Source: Eledone cirrhosa (taxonomy: Eukaryota). From it: a stretch of DNA of 64,000 bases. Location of the stretch: contig OZ024743.1 in assembly GCA_964016885.1 (NCBI GenBank), positions 66,774,001 to 66,838,000 of the forward strand. Reading direction: 5' to 3'. This document shows, one piece after another, positions 50,708-64,000 of this stretch (position 1 is its first letter; every line of letters starts with the position of its first letter). The notes beneath the pieces are model-generated. The model made no database searches. It worked only from the letters and a program-made list of their open reading frames with translations, and was not told where the DNA came from. Both the position numbers and the translations under genes were made by a program.

Positions 50708-51940
50708 TTGGATTGGAGTATCGGTAGAGCGTCGGAAAACATGCTTTGCGACATAGGGTGACGTTCTGAGTTCAAATCCCACCGAGATAATCTTTGTTTT
50801 TCATTCTTAAAGGGTTGATAAAATAAAGTACCAGTAATGCACTGGAATCGATTTAATCGATGTTCCCTTCTCTTCAAATTGCTGGCATTGTGCCTAAATC
50901 CGAAACCATTAAAGCGGTGGATTGGCAGAATCAGTAGAGCGTCGGACACCATGCTTCGCAGCATAGTTACGGCGCTTTATGTATTGAGTTCAAATCCCGC
51001 CGAGGTTAACTTTGCCTTCATCCTTAAGGGGTTGATAATATAAAGCACCAGTAATGCACTGGGGTCAATTTAATCGACATTTCCCCTCCCCTAAATTTGT
51101 TGGCAATATTATTGGTGGATTGGCAGTATCGGTAGAGGGTCGGACGCCATGCTTTGACGCATAGAGATACGGCCCTTGCCATACTGAGATCAAATCCCGC
51201 CGAGGTTCAACTTTACCTTTCATCCTTACGGGGTCGATAAAATAAAGTACCAGTAATGTACTGGGTAATTGCTGGCCTTGTGCCAAAAGTGGAAACAATT
51301 ATTATTGATTAGCAGTATCATTAGAGCCTCGTATAAGACGCTTTGCAGCATATAGTTACATTCCTTTACGTTCTGAGTTCAAATCCCGCCCAGATTAGTT
51401 TTACCTTTCATCCTTAAAGGGTTAATAATAAAGTACCAGTAACGCACTTGGGTCGATTGATCGACTGTCAGCATTGTGCCTAAATCAGAAACAATTATTA
51501 TTGCTATAATCTTTAAGGTGCACTATGAGAATTGTGAGAGTGTCGGTGAAATACTTGTATCTGTCCCTGCATTTAACGTTCACAATTCAAATCCCACTAA
51601 GGACAACTTTGATTTTCATCCTTCTCAAGTTGATAAAATGAAATACCTGTAAAATATTGAGATTGATTTAATCGACTTTTCCGTCACCCCAAAATTGCTA
51701 GCTTTGTGCCTAAATGAGAAATCATTATTATTATTATTGAGGCGGTGGATTGGCAGTGTCGGTAGAAGGTCGGACGCCATGCTTTGACGCATAGAGTTAC
51801 GTCCCTTGCCATTCTGTGTTCAAATCCCGCCGATTTTAACTTTGCCTTTCATCCTTACGGGGTCGATAAAATAAAGTACCAGTAATGCACTGGTGTAAAT
51901 TGCTGGCCTTGTGTTAAAAGTAGAAACAATTATTATTATT
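50708..51940 (+). mobile_element. Head-to-tail array of six family A SINEs
   Basis: Heads near 50708, 50913, 51112, 51308, 51520, 51740, each with B box and body, separated by short ATT-rich tails. Confidence 0.85.
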
Positions 51941-52361
51941 GTAGCTGTTGTTGTTTCGTAATGCTGCAGATAATTCCATATTTTTCCTTAAAGAAAACTT
52001 GGAAAAGGAATTTATAAAAAATAAATACTTTCTTATTTTGTTAATTATTTCGTTAATTTGAATTTGCATTGGTGATATCTCTCTCTCTCTCATTCTCTCT
52101 CTCGCTCTCTCTCTCTATCTGTTTATCTATCTGTCTATCTGTCTATATATCTATCTATGTATACACATACATATATACATATATATACATATATATATAA
52201 ATATACATACACTCGCACATTAACAGCAGCAGTCATAGTTATTGTTGTTGTTGTGATGGTGTGGGGTGTTAGCCGTCGTTCTTGTTGTTGTAGTGGTAGT
52301 GGTAGTAGTAGTAGTAGTAGTAGTGCTTCTGTCTATAAGGATTGATGTTCGGTGTGAGTAA

Positions 52362-52496
<135 letters not shown>

Positions 52497-53036
52497 TGTG
52501 TGTATCTGACAGTGGTTGTGTGACAAAAGTAGGTGTGTTTAATTACAAAATCAAGGACTTTTCATACTCAATTTTCTCACTCTATTGACAGACCTACCCC
52601 GCCCCCTCCAGAAAAAACCCACCACCACCACCACCTACAACAACAACAACAACAAAAAACAGTAAAATAAAAGGGTGATGGGGACAAAATCCTCGAAGCC
52701 GGTGACAGTATATTTTTATTGTTTTTTTTTAATGACACTTTTGTTTTGGATTTCTTGCTTATTGTTAGCATATTCTCGAATTTTCCTGAACAGACGAGTC
52801 CGTCATACTCCAACCCCATCTCTTTATCTTCATCTCTCTCCTCCTATTTTTCTTTTTTCTACTCTTCCTTCCTCTTTCCTGATCAGGCGCCCCCCCCTAC
52901 CCTTATTACTCCTACCCTCATCTCTGAATATGTATTTGACTCTCTCTCTCACACACTCTTTTCTACACCTTCCTCTTCCTTTCCTGACCAAACCCCTCCT
53001 ACTCCAAACCCTATATATATACATACATATATATAC

Positions 53037-53089
<53 letters not shown>

Positions 53090-53098
53090 CACACACAC

Positions 53099-53180
<82 letters not shown>

Positions 53181-53838
53181 TACTCCTCCTCCTACTTTAC
53201 CTCATCCTTCTCTCGTCTTTCTTAAACCACACACACACAAACATACACTCACACACACACATCTATATATACAATCACTCATATGCCAGTGTAACTTCTC
53301 TCACTCTTTTTCCCTCGCACTTACACATACATATACGTACATGCATGTACCTTCTCATTCAAACATATATACCTTTTTCTCTGTATCTGTTTGTCTGTCA
53401 GTCAGTTTATCTGTCTGTCAGTTTGTCTCTCTTTCTTTATCTCTCCCTCTCTCTCTCTCTCTTTCTCTCTATAACCCTCTCCCTCTCTATATCTATCCGT
53501 CTCTCTCTGTCGACTCGCTCTCCCTTTTGTGGGCCGATACTAGTAAACGGGGCGTGTTTGAAGCTATGTTCAATCAAATCACCAAATACATACATACATA
53601 CATACATACATATATGTATATACATATATTTATATAATTATAGACACATATACATGCATGCATACATACATACACACATCGAATATGTATATATATACAC
53701 ATTGGTGGAGAAAGCCAAGACAATCCGACCAAAACAATACCAAGAGCAAGAAGTGATAGAAACTCTGACTTCTGAGCCAACGACAGAAGAAACGACAGCA
53801 GATCTCCAAAGAATTGAGCAACGATTTTCTCTCTCACC

Positions 53839-54139
53839 ATGCAACCAACAATAGAAGTGTTAGATGCAGCATTAGAGACAAGCAACATGCTTGCTAGTGA
53901 GAAGGCCCTCAAGACAGATATATTACAGCAGAATGTCAGATCCAGCTATAGCAACGACAACAACAACAACAAAAGATTACCCTGGCAAACCTTCTCACCA
54001 ACGACGACTGCTCTTCTACCCGGTTGGGTTATCACCTGGTTCATACTCACTGCTGCTATTTGCACTTGGGACGCCAGTTTCATTATGCTGCGGCCACTTT
54101 CCTTCCCCGAGGGACGTCTCTCCCACGTCTGGTATCCCT
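53839..54139 (+). CDS. Probable first coding exon of a small multi-pass membrane protein (EXPERA/EBP-like uncharacterized family)
   Basis: Non-repetitive ORF with PGWVITWFILTAAICTWDASFIMLRPLSFPEGRLSHVWYP, resembling the W..WD..[FY]..LRP.S..GG....W.PY pattern; ends at a strong donor T|GTAAGT (phase 1). Start (53839 or 53887) uncertain; no further exons found. Confidence 0.7.
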
Positions 54140-54197
54140 GTAAGTAATACGCACTCTTCTTCTTCTTTTTCTTCTTCTTCTTCTCCCCCCCCCCCTT

Positions 54198-56795
54198 AAG
54201 GCGGCGAATTGGCAGAGTCCTTCTTCTAGGGTGTCAGAGAACATGCATTTTGTGGTATTTGTTCCGGCTCTCTGCGCTTTGAGTTCAAATCTCCCCGAAA
54301 TCCACAGCATTTTTTAACCTTTCACAGTTGCAGTCCGGTGCAGTTGACTGCAGAAATTGTTACCAGCCTGGACTGGTAAAATACTTTGCAGTATTTGTTC
54401 CAGCTTCTTGCATTCCAAGTTCAAATCCCGCTGTTGCTCACTTTCTCTGTTTCTTGCTCATGCTCGACGAGACCAGGGTCATCCTAAGCCGGCGATCCCA
54501 GAAGCATCATCGTAGGTAGAGCCGGTGATAGATATATTCCGCCACCCGGTTTTATACCCCACTGGCCCTTGCGTGCTTTTATCATAGTACCCGTTAGAAT
54601 AAAGGACCAGTGGCGAACTTTTTTCCCTCCCAACCCAAACGTTTTTTTTTTAAATTTTACCCTTTCTTATAATTTTAAGTTCTGAACCTCCCTTCCTTCA
54701 TTGCAAACTGTTAATATTCATTGATTTCAAATTAATAATTTTCACATTATGGCGGCAAATTGCAAGAATCATTAGAACATCTGAGAGAACGATTTGTGGT
54801 GTTCGTTCTGGCTTTTTGGGCTCTCTGACTTCAAATCTTGCTTTACTTTCATTCAAGGTTGATATAACAAGTACTAGATTTGCACTGTGTTCGATTCATT
54901 CTCTATATCTCTTTCTCGATTCTGCTCTCTCTCTCTCTCTCTCTCTCCCTCTCTCTCTCTTACCCCACTCTCTCTCCCTCTCGCTCCTCCGTCCTCCTCG
55001 TTCTCTGGAAGAAATCAGTTATGTTCAGACATAGAGAGAGGATGGGCTAAATGATGTTTATCTTTCCTTAATCCAGAAATTGAACATTAAAATCTGTCTC
55101 AATTAATTAGTAAGGATCAATACCTACCTCCGCCATTTTAAGAAGGGTTGGGTTAGAAATGACAGTGTGATGGACTAAGTAAAATCAGTCGAGTTCTCCT
55201 CTTCAGTTTCTGACATCAAACCTTACAGTGTTACAATTTACATCTAATTTTTACAGGTTGCGCTATGTATGGTGCCGATTATATTAGTTGTACATAACCT
55301 AACACCTTCCTGTCAAAAGTGGCCTTTTGCTTTGTAACGAAAAAGATTAGAATCAATAAAAACTTGGCTGTAAATGGTGTGTACAGCAGATCAAGAGATT
55401 CGCTACGGGTGAGCCAGATTGTTATGCGGAACCCCAATATGGCCAGTGCAGTCCTCCGGGTGTCCTCAACCCCAGATGTGAAACCGCTGCCTTACCATTT
55501 GCTCCTAACTGAATATCATATATATAGTTTAAACATGAAAGCAAATGTCCTTTCATTTTTAAATCTAAAAAATAGAAAATATAATATTAAAATATATATT
55601 AAATATATATTAAGGACGTACAAGGTGTGCTGCAAATATATCCAATCTTTACTAAATATCACTTGTCAGCCTAAATAATTAACCGGACATTAAACTTTCA
55701 AATTTATTGCTTCCGGGTACAGTAACCATTCAAACAAATTGTCATACAGTGTTTTGTTTTGTTTCCGTATGTTGTAAGGTCAATCGCAGCCTGCGTCAGC
55801 TTTTACTTTTTTATCCTTCACGGGTAGATAAGGTTAGTGCCACGAAATTACTGAGAATTTCAATTTAATCGGGTATTCCTTTTCATAAATTTTGTGTGGC
55901 TTCGTTGCCTATCTTAGGGCAGGGGGTTTAGAGAGACTCGTTAGAGCGTCAGCAAAAATGCACTGCAGTATTTGTTCCTGCGCCTTATGTTCTGAGTTCA
56001 AATTTCGCTGTGGTCAACTTTGCTTTTTGTACCTTCAGGGGCCATTATAATTAGCTCCAATCTAGATTGGGAGTTGCTTTAATTGGATATCTCTTCTTTT
56101 AAATTGTATGCGGCCTCATTGCCTATGTTAGCACAGGGGGGGGGGGGGGGGGTTAGAGGCTCGTTGAAGCGTGGGCAAAATTGCTCTGCAAGTATTTGTT
56201 CCGGCACTTTACGTTTTGAGTTCAAATCCATAAAATAAAGTACCACATACGTACTGGGTCAATTTAATCGACTTTCCCTTCTCCCAAAATTGCTGACCTT
56301 GTGCCTAAATCAGAAACCGCTATTATGATTAATTAGAGGTGACATGTTCGCGAAGACTGGGTTTTTAATCACTGGTGTCTCATTCAAGGAAATAGTGCCA
56401 GTTAAATCAGATTTCAAGTTCAAGTTCTAATGATACTGCTAATCAATAATAATGTTTCTACTATTGGCACAAGACCAGCAATTACCCAGTACATTACTGG
56501 TACTTTATTTTATCGACCCCGTAAGGATGAAAGGCAAAGTTAACCTAAATTATAATAATAATGAAATTATTGTGTAAAGTGCTCAGATGCACTACAACTC
56601 GTCAAAGGTGCATGTATAGTACATAGAATAATACACAAATGTCAGGCAAGTGAATAGTGTATGAGTGATGATATACATGTGTGCGTGTGTATGGAGGAGG
56701 AACATGAGGTGTAGTGTTGGCGGAGACAGAATTACCTTTCTTTCTTTCTTTACTTCTATATTTTAGCATCCTGCCGGAACAGAAAGAAGGTATTG

Positions 56796-56856
<61 letters not shown>

Positions 56857-56872
56857 ATATGTATATACATAC

Positions 56873-56958
<86 letters not shown>

Positions 56959-56982
56959 GTGCTTGTGTGCGTGTATATATAT

Positions 56983-57027
<45 letters not shown>

Positions 57028-57138
57028 TATTAACAATAATTGTTTCTACTTTTGGCACAAGGCCAGCAATTACTCAATACATTACTGGTACTTTATTTTA
57101 TCGACCCCGTAAGGATGAAAGGCAAAGTTAACCTCGGA
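54198..57138. mobile_element. Scattered diverged family A SINE fragments (presumed intron)
   Basis: B-box/body fragments at ~54200, 54350, 54750, 55770-56325 (+) and 56430-56547, 57035-57138 (-). Confidence 0.65.
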
Positions 57139-57644
57139 GGGAGCATAATATGGAGAACAACCAAGAGAAAAAGTGTGAAGGGTGAGTTGAAGAGTAGGGA
57201 TGAGTATGTGAGGGTGGCTTAAGAGGACTAGATAACGACGATAAGTGTCAACCCCATTGGCTCGGCCAAAAATCCGGGTAGGACCACAAACAACGTAGAG
57301 GAGCTGAAGATAAGAAAATACTGGGCTTTATCTGTCTACTTTGTATATCGATTACTGTCGAGACCCCAGGTGCTCTTGATCCTTGCACTTCAGTTTCTTC
57401 CGTAAAATTGAGAGGAATGTAACCCTCCCGGGGAAACCCTCGCAGGGTGAAATGGTCGCGGCAACGGCTATTCTGATTTCTGTATCATGTCCGTGGGCCG
57501 CAGCTGATATGTTACCCGCCCAGCCCCAAAGCCTAGAGTTTAACTACTCCCGCCTACTTTCTCTTTTTTTATTATTTGATTACCCACCACCACTTTGCTT
57601 TTCTTATTTCTATGGGAGTAAAAGAGTTAAGTGTGAAGATAAAG

Positions 57645-58117
57645 AGAGAGAGACGGGGGTGAGAGAGAAGGGGTGAGAGTGAGATGAGAAGAGAGAGAGA
57701 GGGTGAGAGAAGATGACATATTGAGTGAGAGAGAGGGTGAGAGAAGGTGAGAGATTGAGTGAGAGAGAGAGTGAGAGAAGGTGAAAGATTGGGTGAGAGA
57801 GAGGGTGAGAGAAGGTGAGAGATAGAGATGGTGAGAGAAGGTGAGAGATAGAGAGGGTGAGAAAAGGTGAGATTGAGTGAGAGAGAGGGTGAGAGAAGGT
57901 GAGAGATAGAGAGGGTGAGAGAAGGTGAGAGATTGAGTGAGAGAGAGGGTGAGAGATTGAGTGAGAGAGAGGGTGAGAGAGAGGATGAAATTGGGAAAAA
58001 ATAGTGAATGGAAGAGGGACGGAGATAAGGATGAAGAGGGAGAAAGAGAACGAGGGAGGGACAAAGATTAGGAGAGAGTGTGAGCGAAGGTGCGATATAT
58101 ATATACAGAGAGAGAGA

Positions 58118-58172
<55 letters not shown>
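57645..58172. repeat. GA-rich minisatellite and (GA)n
   Basis: Repeats of GAGAGAGGGTGAGAGAAGGTGAGAGAT followed by pure (GA)n. Confidence 0.9.
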
Positions 58173-58178
<6 letters not shown>

Positions 58179-58459
58179 AGCGGGAAAAGCAGGGAATGAG
58201 AGAAGGGAAAAGAACAAAAGGGTTAAAACTTGGAAAGGAGGTAGAAAATGTTGAATATCGGATTAAAGGTTTTGTGGTTTGATCTATCGAACTAGCGAAC
58301 TTATTGAACTTTTGAACAATGGATGTTATTGAAATTATTGACGCATGTTATATACTGGAGAATGTTGTATGTTCCTCCTCCCTCCTTCCCTCCTTCTTCT
58401 TCTCTAGCTCATATATATATATATGTGTGTGTGTATGTGTGTGTGTATATATGTATATA

Positions 58460-58588
<129 letters not shown>

Positions 58589-58686
58589 CTTTATAAGTAT
58601 ATATATTTATATCTATATATGTATATATATTTTTATATCTATATATGTATATATATTTTTCATTTATATGTATATATGTATATATG

Positions 58687-58718
<32 letters not shown>

Positions 58719-58770
58719 CATATTTATATATATATATATATGTATATATATTATATATGTGTGGTGTGTG

Positions 58771-58825
<55 letters not shown>

Positions 58826-59104
58826 TTATATATATATGCCTATATATATACACATAAACATACACACCCGTGTATGTATGCGTGTGTGTATGGGTATAAG
58901 TGTGTTTATGTCGGTGCAAATGTACGTATGGATATGTATATAGAAGCTGGCCCTGACATTTTAAATAATTATACACTTACCTACCTGCACACACACATAC
59001 ATTCGCACGTACACACACATACACACACATACACACATATAAGAATGTACGTCTCTCTCCACCCCCTCCTCGCACTCTCTCTCTGTATATTTGTATATAT
59101 ATAT

Positions 59105-59459
59105 ATATGTGTGTGTGTGTGCATGTATGTATACATGTATGATTGTATGTATGCATATGTATGTGTGTGTGTGTGTCTGTGTGCGGGAGTGTGAATGTGT
59201 GCATGTGCATGTGTATGCTTGTGTGTATGTGCGTACACGCGAATGTGTGTGTGTGTGTGTGTGTGTGTGCGTGATTGTGTGTCACTGTGTGTCACTGTGT
59301 GTGTATTTGTGTGTGTATGTAAATGTTTGTGAATGTGTGTGCGCATTAGTGTGTGCATGTGTGTGTGTGTGTATGTCAGTGTCGATGTGTCTGTGTGTGT
59401 GTGTGTGTATGTCAGTGTCGATGTGTGTGTGTGTGTGTGAGTATGTCAGTGTTAGTGTC

Positions 59460-59501
<42 letters not shown>

Positions 59502-59800
59502 TGTGTGTATGTGTGTGTGTGTATGTGTGTGTGTGTATGTGTGTGTGTGTGTATGTGTGTGTGTGTGTGTGTGTATGTGCGTGCGTTCACGCGAATGTGT
59601 GTGTGTGTGTGTGCGTGACTATGTGTCACTGTGTGTGTATTTGTGTGTGTATGTAAATGTTTGTGTATGTGAATATGTGTGTGCGCGTTCGTGTGTGCAT
59701 GTGTGTATGTGTATGTCAGTGTCGATGTGTCTGTGTGTGTGTGTGTATGTCAGTGTCGATGTGTGTGTGTGTGTGTGTGTGTGTGTGAGTATGTCTGTGT

Positions 59801-59833
<33 letters not shown>

Positions 59834-59836
59834 AGT

Positions 59837-59872
<36 letters not shown>

Positions 59873-59964
59873 CAGTGTCGATGTGTCTGTGTGTGTGTAT
59901 GTCAGTGTCGGTGTGTGTGTGTGAGTATGTCAGTGTCGGTGTGTGTGTGTGAGTATGTCAGTGT

Positions 59965-60015
<51 letters not shown>

Positions 60016-60125
60016 CGTGTGTGTATGTCAGTGTCGGTGTGTGTGTGTGTGTGAGTATGTCAGTGTCAGTGTCGGTGTGTGTGTGTGTGTGTGTATGTGT
60101 GTGTGTGTGTGTGTGAGTGTGTGAG
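59105..60125. repeat. Complex (TG)n array with ATGTCAGTGTCG interruptions and a ~350-bp internal duplication
   Basis: ACGCGAATGTGTG..GTCACTGTGTGTGTATTTG..GTAAATGTTTG occurs at ~59237 and ~59590. Confidence 0.85.
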
Positions 60126-60372
60126 CCTGCCTAGTGACAGTGCAATAGTCACCAAGCAATGAGGGAATGTGTGAATGAGAGGATTGTCGTCGACGACCAG
60201 AGAGTGTTAGTGCAGGGAAGACTTACTGACGAGGAATCGAAACTGGATCATATCATAGCTATACGACGGCGGGGAAGGGGAGAGTGAGCAGGGGGGGTGG
60301 AATGTTCTACAACAATGCCCTTCTAACCTATATATATATATATATATCAACAGGCGTCTGTGCTAGTGCAGG

Positions 60373-60438
<66 letters not shown>

Positions 60439-60462
60439 CCCTCTCTCTCTCTCTCTCTCTCT

Positions 60463-60575
<113 letters not shown>

Positions 60576-60716
60576 TCCTTTGACTGCAGAGTCGGGTTCG
60601 ATCTGTAACAGATCTTGCCTCGAGCTGATCGACGGAGAAACATATGTGATATGTTAATAAATGTGAGATGATGCAACACTGATTCCTCGTTCTTTATAAT
60701 ATACATACATATATAT

Positions 60717-60770
<54 letters not shown>

Positions 60771-60965
60771 ATATATATATTGTATATATATATATATATT
60801 GTATATATATATATATATATTGTATATATATATATATATATATATATTGTATATATATATATATTGTATATATATATATTGTATATATATATATACAATA
60901 TATATATATATATATACAATATATATATATATATATACAATATATATATATATATATATATACAT

Positions 60966-61036
<71 letters not shown>

Positions 61037-61091
61037 TATTTTGACATAATCGGCTTTGGCTCCTCCAACTCCCTAAAACTTGCCTGCCTTG

Positions 61092-61106
61092 CTTCTTCTT
61101 CTTCTT

Positions 61107-61137
<31 letters not shown>

Positions 61138-61470
61138 TTCGCCCACATATTCATGGGGTAGATTCTTGAAAAATTCCTTCCGGCGGGTCCTGTCAAAAGC
61201 CACTGTTTTCAACTGATCCGGCTAGATCAAGGGAGACCAGCCAAGCTCGTGGATGTTATCCAACCACGCTGTTCGAGATCTACTCATAGATCTCCTGCCG
61301 GCTGGTTTTGCCCGTATAATCTGCCCAGCGATTGTTTCCCGAGACATTCTAATCCCATGTCCATAGTATCGGAAATGTGATCTCTGGGGTGATTCTTTGA
61401 TCTCCGAGCTATGCACTCTATAGAGTAACGTTACTCTAAAAACTCTTCGGAGGAACTCCATTTCGGCCTT
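61092..61470 (-). mobile_element. RTE-type LINE 3' fragment with (AAG)n tail
   Basis: AEMEFLRRV..TLL.RV.SSEI..RYYGH..RM..GRR..R.RTAWLDNI; (CTT)n at 61092-61136. Confidence 0.8.
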
Positions 61471-61514
61471 GTTCCTAAATTAGAAACTATTACCCTTATG
61501 ATTTGGTGTGAAGG

Positions 61515-63105
61515 GTGATCAATTGGCAGTATTGGTAGGGCGTCGGACTAGTTTCTGCTATCTTATTCTTATTCATATTATTACAGGACGGCGTGTTGGC
61601 AGTATCAGTAGGGTGTCAAACAACATCTTTTGCCACATAGTTAAGTCATTTTACGTTCTGAGTTCAAATCCCACCGAGGTTAGCATTGGTTTTTATCCTT
61701 AAGTGGTCGATAAAATAAAATACTAGTCACGCACTGGGGTTGATTTCATCGAATTTCCCCTCTCCCGAAAATTTTGACTTTCTGCCTAAATCAGAAACCA
61801 ATATTATCATAGGGCGCTGGATCGGCAAAATCGGGAGAGCAACGGGCAACATGTTTTGTGGCATATAGTTACGTTTTTTACGTTCTGAGTTCAAATCCTG
61901 CCGAGGTTAGCCTTGCCTTTCATCCTCACCGGCTCGACAAAATAAAGTACCTGTCACGCACTGTGGTCGATTTAATCGACTTTCTCCTTCCCTTCAAATT
62001 GCTGGCCTTGTGCCTATAGTAGAAATCATTATCATTAATATTAAAAGGTGGCGGGGCGGTGGATTGGAAGAAACGTCAGATTAAATACATTGCGATATTA
62101 AGTTACACTCTTCTGTGTCCAATCCCGCACTGGGATCGATTTAATCGATTTTCCTCTCTCCCCAAAGTGTTGGCCTTGTGTCTAATCTAAATCAAAGACC
62201 ATTACCTTCAGGGCGTCAGACAAATGTGTTCCGGTATTTGTCCAAGTTCCGTTCGATTTTAGTTCGAATCCCACCGAGGCCAACTTTGCCTTTCATCACT
62301 ATGAGGTCCATGAAAGAACAAATCAAGGATGGGCTTGATATAATCAACTGCCACCCCACCATCCCACCCACCGTCGTCCAAAAGTAATGCTAGCTGTGTG
62401 CCTGACTCTGATTATGTTAATTTAAATATTTATTACCAAAGTGAATGTAATATAGAGTTTAATCTGTAGATTGCCTTCAAGATTGTTTCAGTTCCTTCCT
62501 TATACACCAGTTTTAAAACTTATTCCATTATGAAAGGCATACATATCACAGATTCTCGCTGCTACCACCCTCTCCATCATCACCACCACCGATGATATCC
62601 TCAAAATATTTCACGCACCGGTCATTAGAGACTAGCTATGACAGCTTCAGTAATAGGCGTGTCGTGTTTTATGAAGCGGTTGGTTCAAGACCGTTAAAAC
62701 GAGGCGTGGTTGAGAGAAGGGCGTGGCTTAGAGAAGGGATAGTTGTAAGGTTTAGGATGATTGGAAGCTGACTTCGACTTCCTTTTGTGGATTGGTCGTT
62801 TTTTTATTTTGCATTATACATTTGAACACAGAGACACACACATTCAGATATATGTAGAAGCGTATACATACATGCACATGCGTACACATATCTATATACG
62901 TATATAGACACGCACGCATTATATATTGGCAGTATTGGGAGAGGTTCGGGGCCATGCTTTGACGTATAGAGTTACGGCCCTTGCCATTCTGAGTTCAAAT
63001 CCCGCCGAGGTTAACTTTACCTTTCATCCTTACGGGGTCGATAAAATAAAGTACCAGTAATGCACTGGGTAATTGCTGGCCTTGTGCCTAACGTAGAAAC
63101 AATTA
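61515..63105 (+). mobile_element. Cluster of family A SINEs
   Basis: Copies at ~61595-61800, 61812-62030, 62050-62190, 62210-62400 and 62925-63105. Confidence 0.75.
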
Positions 63106-63129
63106 TATATATATATATATATATATTAT

Positions 63130-63182
<53 letters not shown>

Positions 63183-63199
63183 TATATATATATATATTA

Positions 63200-63250
<51 letters not shown>

Positions 63251-63273
63251 ATATACATACATACATACATACA

Positions 63274-63304
<31 letters not shown>

Positions 63305-63632
63305 GTAGATAGGATGTTCAGTTCGCACACACATGCCACCTTCTGACAGGACTCACTGGAAGGAGTGTTTGAGGTGTAGGCCCCCACCAGCCCCTCTCAG
63401 GAATATGTGGAAGAAGAAGTAGAAGAAAAAGAAGATATAACCATATACATATATATATTTGTGTGTGTGTGTGTGTATTTATATATATATATATATTAGT
63501 GAAAGTGGGGGATGTATGGTGAGCTAACTAGAGTTTACAAGCCGAGCTCGCCGTAGATCTACTTTCACTAATACACCCACTCAGATTTTTACCATGTACC
63601 GACTACTTCCTGGTCGCACAACAGTAGACAAT

Positions 63633-63682
<50 letters not shown>

Positions 63683-63759
63683 CTCTAATGGAGTCCATCC
63701 CTCTTCTCCGGTCTGAGCCATGAGATTGAAGGGGATAGTAGTGAGATAAAGTAACATGA

Positions 63760-63803
<44 letters not shown>

Positions 63804-63813
63804 GGAGGGATGC

Positions 63814-63890
<77 letters not shown>

Positions 63891-64000
63891 TATTTGGAAT
63901 TTTTCCGTATTCATCTATTTCTCCTTTATTTTTCTTTATTTTCGTATTCATTCATTTTTCTTTGCATTATCTATCACGACATTGTGACATATATATATAT

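Noticed and set aside
51112-51205. tRNA genes at SINE heads
   Set aside because: A and B boxes present but no complete cloverleaf; always continue into the SINE body
55249-55300. Acceptor TTTTTACAG as exon 2 of the membrane protein
   Set aside because: Phase-1 join gives Cys rather than the expected Tyr and reaches a stop within ~13 codons

Overview
Repeat-dominated, AT-rich animal genomic DNA, most likely cephalopod (octopus-like 5S rRNA sequence, tRNA-derived SINEs, very dense (TA)n/(TG)n/(TACA)n/(GA)n microsatellites). Nearly all ORFs in the track are microsatellite artefacts or retrotransposon debris. Supported content: one dispersed 5S rRNA copy; one probable coding exon of a host membrane-protein gene (53839-54139); a ~9.2-kb 14-bp satellite; a ~10-kb cluster of Tx1-, R4/Dong- and CRE-like non-LTR retrotransposons abutting (TAA)n tracts; R4/Dong-like elements in (TACA)n tracts; RTE fragments and non-autonomous RTE derivatives; two mariner relics; a Penelope-like GIY-YIG fragment; and dozens of SINEs. 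The most striking unannotated signal is about a dozen type I hammerhead ribozyme motifs from several sequence families. They sit in short islands between (TA)n arrays (mainly 40-48 kb and 3.4-4.0 kb), often as inverted duplications, and one lies directly downstream of the Penelope-like endonuclease. All family assignments come from motifs read by eye, and repeat coordinates are approximate.
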